From Glutamicibacter sp. (lineage in GTDB: Bacteria > Actinomycetota > Actinomycetes > Actinomycetales > Micrococcaceae), in the NCBI RefSeq assembly GCF_032154645.1, contig NZ_JALDXV010000015.1, positions 5,742-69,741 on the forward strand: a DNA stretch of 64,000 nt, in the 5' to 3' direction. The translations under genes and the position numbers were made by a program. The notes beneath the pieces were generated by a model. It had not been told where the DNA came from, did no database searches, and saw only the letters and a list, made by a program, of their open reading frames with translations. This document shows positions 1 through 8,584 of the stretch, piece after piece; positions within the stretch are counted from its first letter, which is position 1, and every line of letters begins with the position of its first letter.

Positions 1-1
1 G

Positions 2-574
2 AATAAGACTTGGGCTGGCATCAAGACGCTGACAGCTAACAGCAGCGCTAGCTATTGGACGGTCCCCAACTACGTTTATGCCATAACGACCTCCGGTGCG
101 CTGAACCGGTATATTCAAGGGGCTGGAGTGTCGAATATGCGCAGCACCGTCAGAGTTTCTCCACGAGGTTGGGGGAGTTTGAAGGCGTTCTCGTACTCGC
201 GCACCGAAGAGAGGGTTGGTTTTGGACGCGGTGATGTCATTTTGGCAACCGCCAGCGACGGCAGGCTTTTAGAGTACTTCATTCCACATTCAAGCCCCAC
301 GAAATGGACTAGCAAGGTTATCCGATCGAGTACATGGCAAAACATCACTGATGTTTCGATCGGTTATTGTTCGCATGCCGATGGCGTGCCATATCCGGAA
401 TCTTTGATTTACGATGCGAAAACCGTGTGGTTGGCTCGGCACGCAAACGGGAATTTGTATCTGTACTTGGATGCAAACCCGAAGGCCGCAAATCGTTCGT
501 TGACAGGTTATGGGCCGATAACATCTGGTGGCATTGTCGGGGTCGATACCTTTGCGCTTGATTCTGGTGAGTAG
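2..574 (+). CDS. C-terminal fragment of a repeat protein (beta-propeller / tachylectin-like); the 5' end lies outside the window
   Basis: The frame of ORF 128..574 stays open back to nt 2. Three blade-like motifs occur about 50 aa apart (YVYAITTSGALNRY, VILATASDGRLLEYF, VWLARHANGNLYLYL). A hairpin follows the stop. Confidence 0.5.
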   Translation, partial: NKTWAGIKTLTANSSASYWTVPNYVYAITTSGALNRYIQGAGVSNMRSTVRVSPRGWGSLKAFSYSRTEERVGFGRGDVILATASDGRLLEYFIPHSSPTKWTSKVIRSSTWQNITDVSIGYCSHADGVPYPESLIYDAKTVWLARHANGNLYLYLDANPKAANRSLTGYGPITSGGIVGVDTFALDSGE

Positions 575-587
575 CAGAGGTAACTAA

Positions 588-617
588 AGTGCGGCCCAAT
601 ATGCAGTGGGCCGCACT
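588..617 (+). terminator. Stem-loop after the repeat-protein ORF
   Basis: Inverted repeat agtgcggccca / tgggccgcact with an 8-nt loop, 14 nt after the stop codon. Confidence 0.6.
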
Positions 618-1134
618 ATGTCATTGAGTTGAAGAATTGGCGGCGATCTAGGGCTGTCAATCCAGAGCTACATGGGATCAATTCATTGATATCTGTGAAA
701 TTATGTCAACTTGCAGTGTTGTGAACACGAAAGTTGGCGAAACGGCATTTCGCGCTTTGGATGTAGCTTTTGCATTAATGCCGTAGTTTTCAATACGCCG
801 GACGGCACTTTGGTTTCAGCATCCTGAATGTCTGGCATTACCGACAACTTGCTTCGATCCAGGGCATCAAGTTCCGCATCGCACATTGGTCGTTCGGCTC
901 TGAACTTGCACTTTGGGACTGTATTAGATATTGCAAAATCACCCCTTAAATCCCGCGCTTATAGACCATAAGCAAAAGCCGATAATCTACATTATGTAAA
1001 GTAGTGGAAATGCGGGCGTCCCCCAGGGTCCATTTTGACGCACGAATTGCCGTCCATTTCAGTCCCAGAATTGCACGCTCAAAGCTTGGGTACTTGCGTC
1101 CGTTGCTTGTCGGTTCGACTGTTTCGTTAACACG

Positions 1135-1159
1135 GCTGCGTCGGCGTTGTTGACGCAGC
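1135..1159 (-). terminator. Short stem-loop downstream of the small membrane-peptide ORF
   Basis: gctgcgtc / gacgcagc, an 8-bp stem with a 9-nt loop, 7 nt past the stop at 1166. Confidence 0.35.
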
Positions 1160-1165
1160 AGAACA

Positions 1166-1330
1166 TCAGTCCTCGGTCGCTGAATGATTCTTTTGATCAG
1201 CACCAAGGTATTCACGAGCGTCGATAATTCCTCGCTTGACGGCAGCTCTGACAACGCAGAACAGCACATAGAAAAAGACTGCTGTTGCCGTCACGAGTAG
1301 GATCAGTGAATTCAGCTCGGTAACGTCCAT
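1166..1330 (-). CDS. Hypothetical small single-pass membrane protein (54 aa from the ATG at 1330; the longest ORF starts at GTG 1357)
   Basis: MDVTELNSLILLVTATAVFFYVLFCVVRAAVKRG... has one clear hydrophobic helix followed by basic residues. A hairpin follows. No convincing SD and no family recognised. Confidence 0.35.
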   Translation of the reverse strand: MDVTELNSLILLVTATAVFFYVLFCVVRAAVKRGIIDAREYLGADQKNHSATED

Positions 1331-1480
1331 GTGTGGAAGCCTAGTCGAGTGTTGCACGATGATCTATGCCTTGCATCTGGCTGTAGATCGTTATGGAGCG
1401 GCCCATTAGCTCGCGCGCAGTGCAGGACGAAAACCTACTCCCCTAGCATTAAGTCAATTTGCCGGTTCTATTTCCAAGCA

Positions 1481-2512
1481 TCAAACATCAGGTAGAAGAC
1501 ATGGAATCGCACGAGTGTATGCAAGCATGCCGAGCAATTCGACGACTGTTTGGCAGATGACGACAGCAGGTACCAGTGGATATTCGGCTGCCAGTGCCAA
1601 CGCCAATGGCAGGATCACTAACGAATTTCTTGTCGCGCCAGAAAAGGCCACGGCCCGTTGAGACCGGAAATCAAGACCGATCCTTTTGGCAATAATGCCT
1701 CCCAAGGGCCCCATGATCAGCAGAAAGGCGACATAGATGGGTACGACGTACATCAACTGGCCGAAGTTGCCGGCGACCATGAAAAATTGAGAGCTGATTA
1801 CCAAGAACAGCACAAGCATCATTAATGGAACCATCAAAAGATCCATGGTGTCGATGACAAGCGCTGGCCATCTCCAATGACTGGCCAAGAACTGAATTAT
1901 CGCCGCCGCCACGAGCGGAAGTAAGATCAGGAACACAAAGGCCTCTATAAAGGGACGTGCATCCATTGATGCCAGAAACGTGCCACCGGTGAACCATGCA
2001 AGATAAATCGGCAATAGCAGTACTTGAAGCAACATGAGGACGGGGGTAGCTGCAAGGAGATTCTCATCTGCTCCCCCAGCTAGGCGCGTGAAAACGATGA
2101 CGTAATCGACGCATGGTGCTAAAAGGACCAGCAACACGCCAATCGTAAGAGCTTCTTGCCCGGATACGGGTCGCGTCAGAACCAAAGCTACGAGGGGAAC
2201 GAGCGCAAAATTTACGGCGGTCACAATAGCCAGAAAACGAAAATTCCTGAAAGACTCTAAGAACTTCCGCATCGGTACAGCCAAGAAAGTGGCGAAAAGC
2301 AATAAGGCGAGAACCGGGTTGATAGCCGTACTGAATGCCGCTGTGGTACCAGAGAAGACCGCGCTGGCGCCGATGCCGATGATGATTGCGATGAAGTAGA
2401 ACCAAACTTGGCGAGTTTGGAAGAACACGCTTAGATGCTGCATGAAAAGTCTGTCGCTTTCTTTGTTCTTTCCAATTACCAAGTAGAGGCCACTCCCCCT
2501 TGGCTCTGCCAT
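1481..2512 (-). CDS. Polytopic transporter of the bile-acid:Na+ symporter / ACR3 superfamily (often annotated 'arsenic resistance protein')
   Basis: 343-aa ORF with about 9-10 hydrophobic segments and a BASS/ACR3-like tail (AFSGATRNSLVILPLALALA). The start is uncertain; an alternative ATG lies at 2443. Confidence 0.6.
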   Translation of the reverse strand: MAEPRGSGLYLVIGKNKESDRLFMQHLSVFFQTRQVWFYFIAIIIGIGASAVFSGTTAAFSTAINPVLALLLFATFLAVPMRKFLESFRNFRFLAIVTAVNFALVPLVALVLTRPVSGQEALTIGVLLVLLAPCVDYVIVFTRLAGGADENLLAATPVLMLLQVLLLPIYLAWFTGGTFLASMDARPFIEAFVFLILLPLVAAAIIQFLASHWRWPALVIDTMDLLMVPLMMLVLFLVISSQFFMVAGNFGQLMYVVPIYVAFLLIMGPLGGIIAKRIGLDFRSQRAVAFSGATRNSLVILPLALALAAEYPLVPAVVICQTVVELLGMLAYTRAIPCLLPDV

Positions 2513-2567
2513 TGTTGATGGAATACTTCGATTCGAAGCGGCTCGTCACGAAGATTAGGATGGATGT

Positions 2568-2951
2568 ATGGTCCCAAATAAACGTTCTTGGCTGCTCTGG
2601 GCCGCCGTCGACATCCTGCTCATCATTTTGTTTGCCCTGCTTGGCCGCCGCGAACACGAGCACGGCTTGGCTATAGGTGGAATCTTGTGGACCGCTTTGC
2701 CGTTCATGATCGGCTACGTGATTATGCTGTCGGTCTCTAGGCCGTGGCTGACGATTAGTAATCTTTGGCCGACCGGTGTGCTGGTATGGGTAGGAACTGT
2801 AGCTCTTGGAGTTGCGGCGCGGCTTTTGTTTGGATCCACGGCGGCCGTTTCATTCATCATCGTTGCCACGGTTGTCTTGGGAGTGTTCCTTATGGGGCGC
2901 CGCGCCATAACATCCTTAATTTCGAAGAAGTCAGCTCAGCAAAAGGCCTAG
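2568..2951 (+). CDS. DUF3054-family small membrane protein
   Basis: 127 aa with 4 TM segments. The N-terminus (WAAVDILLIILFALLGRREHEHG) is typical of actinobacterial DUF3054. SD aggatgga lies upstream of the ATG. Confidence 0.7.
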   Translation: MVPNKRSWLLWAAVDILLIILFALLGRREHEHGLAIGGILWTALPFMIGYVIMLSVSRPWLTISNLWPTGVLVWVGTVALGVAARLLFGSTAAVSFIIVATVVLGVFLMGRRAITSLISKKSAQQKA

Positions 2952-3473
2952 TCCATAGGCACCCGTAGCCACCAAGCCGCTGGAGAACGTTCCCAAGATG
3001 AACTGTTCGGCAGCTTGGTGGTTTTTCAGTTCGGCAAAGCGCCCGAGCCCCTTGACGGCTAGTACTACCGCAATTCCTTCAGGCCAAGAGGCCCATAAGC
3101 TCGCGACGATGGCAGTGCGTTCGAGCAGGCCTATCCATAAGCCGCCGCGAAGCAGGGAAGGTTCGATTTCAACAGCGGCAGTAGACGAAATACTTCGCGA
3201 AGCTAGCCTAAACAGGAGCTCAGTCAGCGGTCCCCCGAAGCTGATAGCAAAGACCACGCTGACGGCAATAGCTAGAACTTTGGGTACTTCCGGAGTCTCA
3301 ACCAGTTTTGTACCAGTAATTCCCAGGACCATCGATGAAAGAGCCAGAATTGCCGCTGTGACGGTCAGGGTGGTGCACAGCTTCACCCGTGGGTTGGAGG
3401 ATGCACCAATGAACGTTGCGGTCGCCGACGCCAGTGATGCAGCAATGAGTATGTACCAGGCAAGCCATAACAT
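2931..3473 (-). CDS. Polytopic membrane protein, partner of the SatD-like gene (possibly SatE/DUF3307-like)
   Basis: 180 aa with 5 or more hydrophobic segments. The ATG lies 6 nt after the upstream stop, and a GGGGAG SD sits inside the upstream gene's 3' end. Its 3' end overlaps the convergent DUF3054 gene by 21 nt. Confidence 0.7.
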   Translation of the reverse strand: MLWLAWYILIAASLASATATFIGASSNPRVKLCTTLTVTAAILALSSMVLGITGTKLVETPEVPKVLAIAVSVVFAISFGGPLTELLFRLASRSISSTAAVEIEPSLLRGGLWIGLLERTAIVASLWASWPEGIAVVLAVKGLGRFAELKNHQAAEQFILGTFSSGLVATGAYGLGLLLS

Positions 3474-3479
3474 GTTGGT

Positions 3480-4073
3480 TTACTCCCCCAGTAGCTTCAA
3501 TTGCCGTGCGAGGGACTTGGCGGACTCATCCATCATGCGATTCGCTTCAAACCACAGCGCTGCGGAAAGTCGTGAGGAAACGGCCTGTTGCGTAATTCCT
3601 AGTTGCTCGGCAATCTGTTGCTGGGTCATGCCCTCGTCGGCCAGAGTTCCTGCTTCCCACGCTGTGGCGCGGCGTTTTGAAACGATGCAGGCGGTCAGTT
3701 GCAATTCTGCTTCGAGACGGTTGGATTCGGTAGACGGGCCATGTACTGCAATGTGCGCATTCGTATTTTTTGCCCGTTCAACTGCTACTCGCGCAAATTC
3801 GAATGCTGGTCCCCTACCTGCACGTGTTTCTTTTGGAAGCGGTGTTTCGACCTGCCCGAATCCAAGGCCAACGCTCCAGTCCCCCGATGCCGCCATCATG
3901 ACTGCTAGCCGGATCGCCTCCGAAGCGTTGTCTAGTACAGCTTGTACTTCATCGCCGGCAGTTCTCTGGAATGGCCGCACCACGGGTACCGTTGCATTAG
4001 CCTGTTTGACTAGCGCCTCGACCTTGTCCTCCGAAGATCGCGAACGTCTCTGGTCAATCGTCAATACAATCAT
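3480..4073 (-). CDS. SatD-family-like protein with a C-terminal helix-turn-helix
   Basis: Motifs VLTIDQRRSR, TAGDEVQAVL, WSVGLGFGQVETPL and GRGPAFEFARVAVERAK resemble SatD. The C-terminal MTQQQIAEQLGITQQAVSSRLS is a sigma-70 region 4 / LuxR-type HTH. Confidence 0.6.
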   Translation of the reverse strand: MIVLTIDQRRSRSSEDKVEALVKQANATVPVVRPFQRTAGDEVQAVLDNASEAIRLAVMMAASGDWSVGLGFGQVETPLPKETRAGRGPAFEFARVAVERAKNTNAHIAVHGPSTESNRLEAELQLTACIVSKRRATAWEAGTLADEGMTQQQIAEQLGITQQAVSSRLSAALWFEANRMMDESAKSLARQLKLLGE

Positions 4074-4076
4074 GAG

Positions 4077-4094
4077 ACAATGCTAAAACATTGT
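4077..4094. promoter_or_regulatory. Palindrome ACAATG-N6-CATTGT overlapping the probable -10 of the SatD-like gene (candidate operator)
   Basis: A perfect 6+6 inverted repeat lies 4 nt upstream of the ATG. A third CATTGT copy is at 4117..4122. On the minus strand, TAGCAT sits 6 nt before the ATG and there is no SD, which suggests a leaderless mRNA. Confidence 0.3.
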
Positions 4095-4233
4095 TTAACT
4101 ATTTACAAAATAAAACCATTGTTCTTCTTTGCGTCAGACGATTAAGTTTGAGCCAATTCAGGGCCGATCTCGACTAGAGTTGAAATTAATAAACCACCCG
4201 AGGATTTCGGGATAGAAGCGTTGAGAGGTATTA

Positions 4234-4515
4234 ATGGTCACCGCATTTGTTATGATTCAGACGGCTACTGACAGCATCCCTGAATGTGCCCAACAGATCT
4301 CTGAGATTGATGGGATTCGAGAGGTTTACTCGGTTGCTGGCGACTGGGATCTAATCGCTATTGCGCACGTTCACAAACATGAAGATCTAGCCGAAGTGAT
4401 CGCCAATCGACTCTCAAAGATCCCGGGCATTCGTGGAACTCAGACTCACATTGCTTTCCGTGCCTATTCGACCCATGACTTGGATGCGGCCTTTTCGCTT
4501 GATCTGGGCGAATAG
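4234..4515 (+). CDS. Stand-alone Lrp/AsnC ligand-binding (RAM) domain protein
   Basis: 93 aa. MVTAFVMIQT...IREVYSVAGDWDLIAIAHV...THIAFRAY is typical of the AsnC_trans_reg domain, with no N-terminal HTH. SD gagagg is present. Confidence 0.75.
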   Translation: MVTAFVMIQTATDSIPECAQQISEIDGIREVYSVAGDWDLIAIAHVHKHEDLAEVIANRLSKIPGIRGTQTHIAFRAYSTHDLDAAFSLDLGE

Positions 4516-4535
4516 CGAGATCTTCCGCAATATTA

Positions 4536-4580
4536 GAGGGCTTTGGTTCCGTGCTTGTAGCGCGCTGAACCAAAGCCCTC
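4536..4580. terminator. Bidirectional stem-loop between the RAM-domain gene and trpD
   Basis: gagggctttggttc / gaaccaaagccctc, a 14-bp stem with a 17-nt loop, between convergent stops at 4515 and 4594. Confidence 0.7.
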
Positions 4581-4593
4581 AATTGTATCTAAA

Positions 4594-5661
4594 CTAACGT
4601 CCGACGATCTCCATCGTCGTTGTCGACCAAGTGTCTAGTACGCGCCCGGCAGCGCCGGAATCGATGGAATCTGCCGCCCGCAGTAGGGCTGCCTTCATCC
4701 GCTCCTCGAATGGAGTATCGGCAGATTCATCAAAAGCCACCATTCCGGCTGCAGCGTTGATCAGGACGGCATCACGGACCGGGCCAGTCTCACCGTGGAC
4801 AATCCTTCTGACAACCTCCGCATTATGTAGGGCGTCGCCGCCACGGAGCTCGGTCAGAGTAGTGCGTGGAATGCCAACACTCTGAGGGTCAAAGGAGAAC
4901 TCGGTGACCTGTCCGTCGCGGACTTCCCAGACACGATTTGACGCGGTGGTGGTCATTTCGTCGAGGCCGTCCTCGCCTCTGAATACCAGGCCTCGAACTC
5001 CGCGGCTTGCCAATACTCCAGCCATGATGGGCGCCATGACCAGATCTGAACACCCAATGGCAGAGGCCGAGGGCAGGGCAGGATTGGTCAATGGCCCCAT
5101 GAAATTGAAAGCCGTTGGGATGCGAAGCTGACGTCGAGCAGCTGCTACGTGCTTCATCGACGGATGGAACACGTTGGCGAAGCAGAACGCAATACCAACC
5201 TTGTTATAGACCTCTACAAGGCGGTCGATTGGTACGTCAAGACGAACATCCAAAGCTTCCAGCACGTCGGCCGATCCCGACGAGGAAGATGAGGCTCGAT
5301 TTCCGTGTTTAACTATGTTCACACCGGCGCCAGCGCAGACCAGGGTGGCCATCGTTGAAATGTTGACGGTGTTCTGACGATCGCCGCCCGTTCCTACAAT
5401 GTCCAAAGTTGGTGCATTGACGCGAAGGGGCCTGGCGTTTGCCACCATGGAGTCCACCAGGCCGGTCAATTCGGCAACGGTCTCCCCCTTGGCGCGCAGC
5501 GCGACCAAAAAGCCTGCGATTTGTACATCGCTCGCTTCGCCGTTCATGATCTCGTTCATCGCCCAACCGGCCTCGGACCGGCTAAGATCACCGCCGGAAA
5601 TCAAGGTGGCCAGCAAATCTGGCCAGGTCGGGAACTTTTCGTTTTCAAGGCTCGTTGACAC
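4594..5661 (-). CDS. trpD: Anthranilate phosphoribosyltransferase
   Basis: 355 aa with GTGGD...NTVNIST, KHGNRA and the general TrpD layout. GTG start. Confidence 0.95.
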   Translation of the reverse strand: MSTSLENEKFPTWPDLLATLISGGDLSRSEAGWAMNEIMNGEASDVQIAGFLVALRAKGETVAELTGLVDSMVANARPLRVNAPTLDIVGTGGDRQNTVNISTMATLVCAGAGVNIVKHGNRASSSSSGSADVLEALDVRLDVPIDRLVEVYNKVGIAFCFANVFHPSMKHVAAARRQLRIPTAFNFMGPLTNPALPSASAIGCSDLVMAPIMAGVLASRGVRGLVFRGEDGLDEMTTTASNRVWEVRDGQVTEFSFDPQSVGIPRTTLTELRGGDALHNAEVVRRIVHGETGPVRDAVLINAAAGMVAFDESADTPFEERMKAALLRAADSIDSGAAGRVLDTWSTTTMEIVGR

Positions 5662-5949
5662 GTATGTAAGCCTATCGAGATCGCCGTAGTCCAGCCCAAT
5701 TCATTTCTTAAGATGATGTGGCCCAAGTCGCTGTTTTTCGGCAGAAATTCGCGCATAATTACGTCATGGGCTTGTTGCATAAATGAATATTGCGAGAGAC
5801 GCGCCGGATGTCGCTCTACGAATTGTAGAAAGAGTTTTATTCAAACTTCCCCGTGTTTCCGCGGATGTTCGAACGGTGTGGCAGAAGAAACCTCTGTCAG
5901 GCCCCGTTTGCATTGGTATCTGAGCCCTATTTAGAGACATAATGTCAGT

Positions 5950-6588
5950 GTGACAACTGCGACTCATGCCCCAAATACGACGGCGCCTCATGCGCCGAAC
6001 CGCCCAAACATGGTGTCGGTGGGAACGATGGTGTGGCTCTCCAGCGAGCTCATGTTCTTCGCCGCCCTCTTCGCCATGTACTTCAGCATTCGTGCTGCCG
6101 CGCCCGAACTCTGGGCGACTGAAACTGCCAAGCTGAACGTACCGTTCGCGTTGGTCAACACCTTGATTCTGGTGTCCAGCTCGTTCACGTGCCAGATCGG
6201 CGTATTCAAAGCTGAGGCCTTCAAGCCTCGCCGCACTGGCGGAATCTTTAACCTCAAGGAATGGGGAATGATCGAATGGTTCATTCTCACCTTCTTCCTT
6301 GGGGCTATCTTCGTTTCCGTTCAGGCATTTGAATACGTAACCCTCGTTCACGAGGGTGTCGCTCTGAACTCCAACGGTTACGGTTCAGTGTTCTACATGA
6401 CTACTGGCTTCCACGGACTTCACGTCACCGGCGGCCTGATTGCGTTCTTGCTGATCATTGGTCGTGCAATGCTCGCGAAGAAGTTTGGTCACTTTGAAGC
6501 AACCGGCGCCATCGTCGTGTCCTACTACTGGCACTTCGTTGACGTTGTCTGGATTGCTCTGTTCGCGATCATCTACTTCCTGAAGTAG
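5950..6588 (+). CDS. ctaE: Cytochrome c oxidase (aa3) subunit III
   Basis: 212 aa with the motifs YWHFVDVVW and FHGLHV. It sits immediately upstream of qcrCAB, as in other actinobacteria. Confidence 0.95.
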   Translation: MTTATHAPNTTAPHAPNRPNMVSVGTMVWLSSELMFFAALFAMYFSIRAAAPELWATETAKLNVPFALVNTLILVSSSFTCQIGVFKAEAFKPRRTGGIFNLKEWGMIEWFILTFFLGAIFVSVQAFEYVTLVHEGVALNSNGYGSVFYMTTGFHGLHVTGGLIAFLLIIGRAMLAKKFGHFEATGAIVVSYYWHFVDVVWIALFAIIYFLK

Positions 6589-6663
6589 GCAACTAACATT
6601 CACCAGTTGCCTCCACAGAAGTACGGCAACACCACACCAAGAAATTAAGTGAGGAACCAGCAA

Positions 6664-7458
6664 GTGAAGGCTCTTTCAACAAAGCGCCGCCACCCGCTCG
6701 CCGCTGTGGCCCTGCTGTTATTCGGATTGCTGGTCACCGGCAGTCTTTACATTGCAGCGGGCAGCATCAGCGAAGCAAAGGCTGCAGAGACCACTACTGC
6801 ATCTCAGTCCGACATCGACGAGGGCGGCAAGCTCTTCGTTGCTAACTGTGCAACCTGCCACGGCCTGAAGGCCCAGGGCAGCGACTCGGGTCCATCGCTG
6901 ATCGGCGTTGGCGCCGCTGCGGTTGACTTCCAGGTCGGCACCGGTCGTATGCCGATGCAGATGCAGGGCCCACAGGCTCAGGCGAAGCCGGTGCAGTTCA
7001 ACGATGAACAGATTTCCCAGCTGTCGGCATATGTTGCCAGCCTCGGTGCAGGCCCCGCTATCCCGGATGAGGAAAGCCTGGATACGACTAAGGGCAATGC
7101 AGCCCACGGCGGTACCGTGTTCCGCGTGAACTGCGCCATGTGCCACAACGCTGCAGCAGCCGGTGGTGCACTGACCCGCGGCAAGTTCGCACCGACCCTG
7201 GTCGGCGTCAGCGAGAAGCACATTTACGAAGCGATGGCTACCGGCCCACAGAACATGCCTGTGTTCAACGACTCGAACATCACCCCGGATGAGAAGCGTG
7301 ACGTGATCACCTTCCTGAAGACCATTGAAGCTAATGGCACCGCCGGCGGTCTTGCTCTAGGATCGCTTGGTCCAGTGGCTGAAGGTCTGTTCATCTGGAC
7401 CGCTGGTCTGGGTATCGTTATCGCCTTCACCATTTGGTTGACCTCGCGTCCTTCCTAA
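6664..7458 (+). CDS. qcrC: Dihaem cytochrome c subunit of the bc1 complex
   Basis: Two haem-binding motifs (CATCHG and CAMCHN), an N-terminal signal/TM segment and a C-terminal TM anchor. The GTG at 6664 lies 7 nt after SD gaggaa; the longest ORF starts at 6649. Confidence 0.93.
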   Translation: MKALSTKRRHPLAAVALLLFGLLVTGSLYIAAGSISEAKAAETTTASQSDIDEGGKLFVANCATCHGLKAQGSDSGPSLIGVGAAAVDFQVGTGRMPMQMQGPQAQAKPVQFNDEQISQLSAYVASLGAGPAIPDEESLDTTKGNAAHGGTVFRVNCAMCHNAAAAGGALTRGKFAPTLVGVSEKHIYEAMATGPQNMPVFNDSNITPDEKRDVITFLKTIEANGTAGGLALGSLGPVAEGLFIWTAGLGIVIAFTIWLTSRPS

Positions 7459-7528
7459 GGCACTCACGGCTTACGGCCGTAAACATCACTACGTACAAAA
7501 ATTCCTAACAGAAGGATGAGAGAGAAAC

Positions 7529-8584
7529 ATGGGCGACCATAGTCACGGCAGTCCCGAAAATTCGGGCACCGTTGCTAAGGCTGACGATGTGGCTCAGGAT
7601 CGCTTCCCTGATCCAGGACTACCGCCGCACCGTCCGCGTCTCGCAGATCGCGACCCGCGCGCAGCCAAGCGACACGAGCGTCAAGTAGCGCTCCTATTTA
7701 CCATCTCCATCATCGGCACGCTGTTCTTCTTTGTGTCCTACTTCGTCCTGGGCAGCCTGGGCGAGATGACCTTTGCTGAACTCCGCATTCAGAATGCTGC
7801 ACTTGGTCTGGGCACCGCCTTTGCGATGCTCGGCATCGGTGTAGGCATTGTGCACTGGGCCAAGACCCTCATGCCGGATCACGAGCTTGTTGAAAGCCGC
7901 CACGAGATCCGCACCGAAGAGGACCGTCAGGATGCAGTCGAGATCGTCGACACCATCATTGACGAATCGGGCATCAAGCGCCGTCCGTTGATCCGCAACA
8001 CCCTGATTGGTGCCATTGCCTTGGCTCCGATCCCAGCGATCTTTATGTTCCGCGACCTGGACCGCACCGGTAACACCGCAAGCCAGATGGTCGACTCCCT
8101 GCGCCACACCATGTGGGACACGGGCGTCCGTCTGACCCGCGACCCATCCGGTACCCCAATCAAGGCCTCGGACGTCCAGATCGGTTCGGCATTCCATGTC
8201 ATTCCTGAAGGTCTGAACGAAGCCGAAAACGTACTGAACGAAAAGGCCAAGGCTGTCGTTCTGCTGATGCGTATGGATCCAGCAGAAATGAACATCTCCG
8301 AGGGTCGCGAGGACTGGAACGTCGACGGCATCGTCGCGTACTCCAAGATCTGCACCCACGTTGGCTGCCCGATCGCACTGTACGAGCAGCACACCCACCA
8401 CCTGCTGTGCCCCTGCCACCAGTCGACCTTCGACCTCACCAACGAGTGTAAGGTCATCTTCGGTCCGGCAGGTCACGCACTTCCGCAGTTGCCAATTACC
8501 GTGGATGCCGACGGCTACCTTGTAGCTCAGTCCGATTTCCATGAGCCAGTTGGCCCGGCCTACTGGGAGCGTGGAAAGAACTAA
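7529..8584 (+). CDS. qcrA: Rieske 2Fe-2S subunit of the bc1 complex
   Basis: CTHVGCP and CPCHQS Rieske boxes, with N-terminal TM helices. Confidence 0.95.
   Translation: MGDHSHGSPENSGTVAKADDVAQDRFPDPGLPPHRPRLADRDPRAAKRHERQVALLFTISIIGTLFFFVSYFVLGSLGEMTFAELRIQNAALGLGTAFAMLGIGVGIVHWAKTLMPDHELVESRHEIRTEEDRQDAVEIVDTIIDESGIKRRPLIRNTLIGAIALAPIPAIFMFRDLDRTGNTASQMVDSLRHTMWDTGVRLTRDPSGTPIKASDVQIGSAFHVIPEGLNEAENVLNEKAKAVVLLMRMDPAEMNISEGREDWNVDGIVAYSKICTHVGCPIALYEQHTHHLLCPCHQSTFDLTNECKVIFGPAGHALPQLPITVDADGYLVAQSDFHEPVGPAYWERGKN

Noticed and set aside
701-1269. Minus-strand ORFs 701..886 (61 aa) and 946..1269 (107 aa) as a possible toxin-antitoxin pair.
   Set aside because: They have no SD and no recognisable TA family motif. 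The 107-aa ORF overlaps the better-supported membrane-peptide ORF and crosses its hairpin. They are left unannotated.
2998-4086. 362-aa + strand ORF spanning the SatD-like gene and its membrane partner.
   Set aside because: The sequence is Ser/Ala/Arg/Cys-rich and not protein-like. The minus-strand genes have coherent TM and HTH features, an SD and tight coupling.
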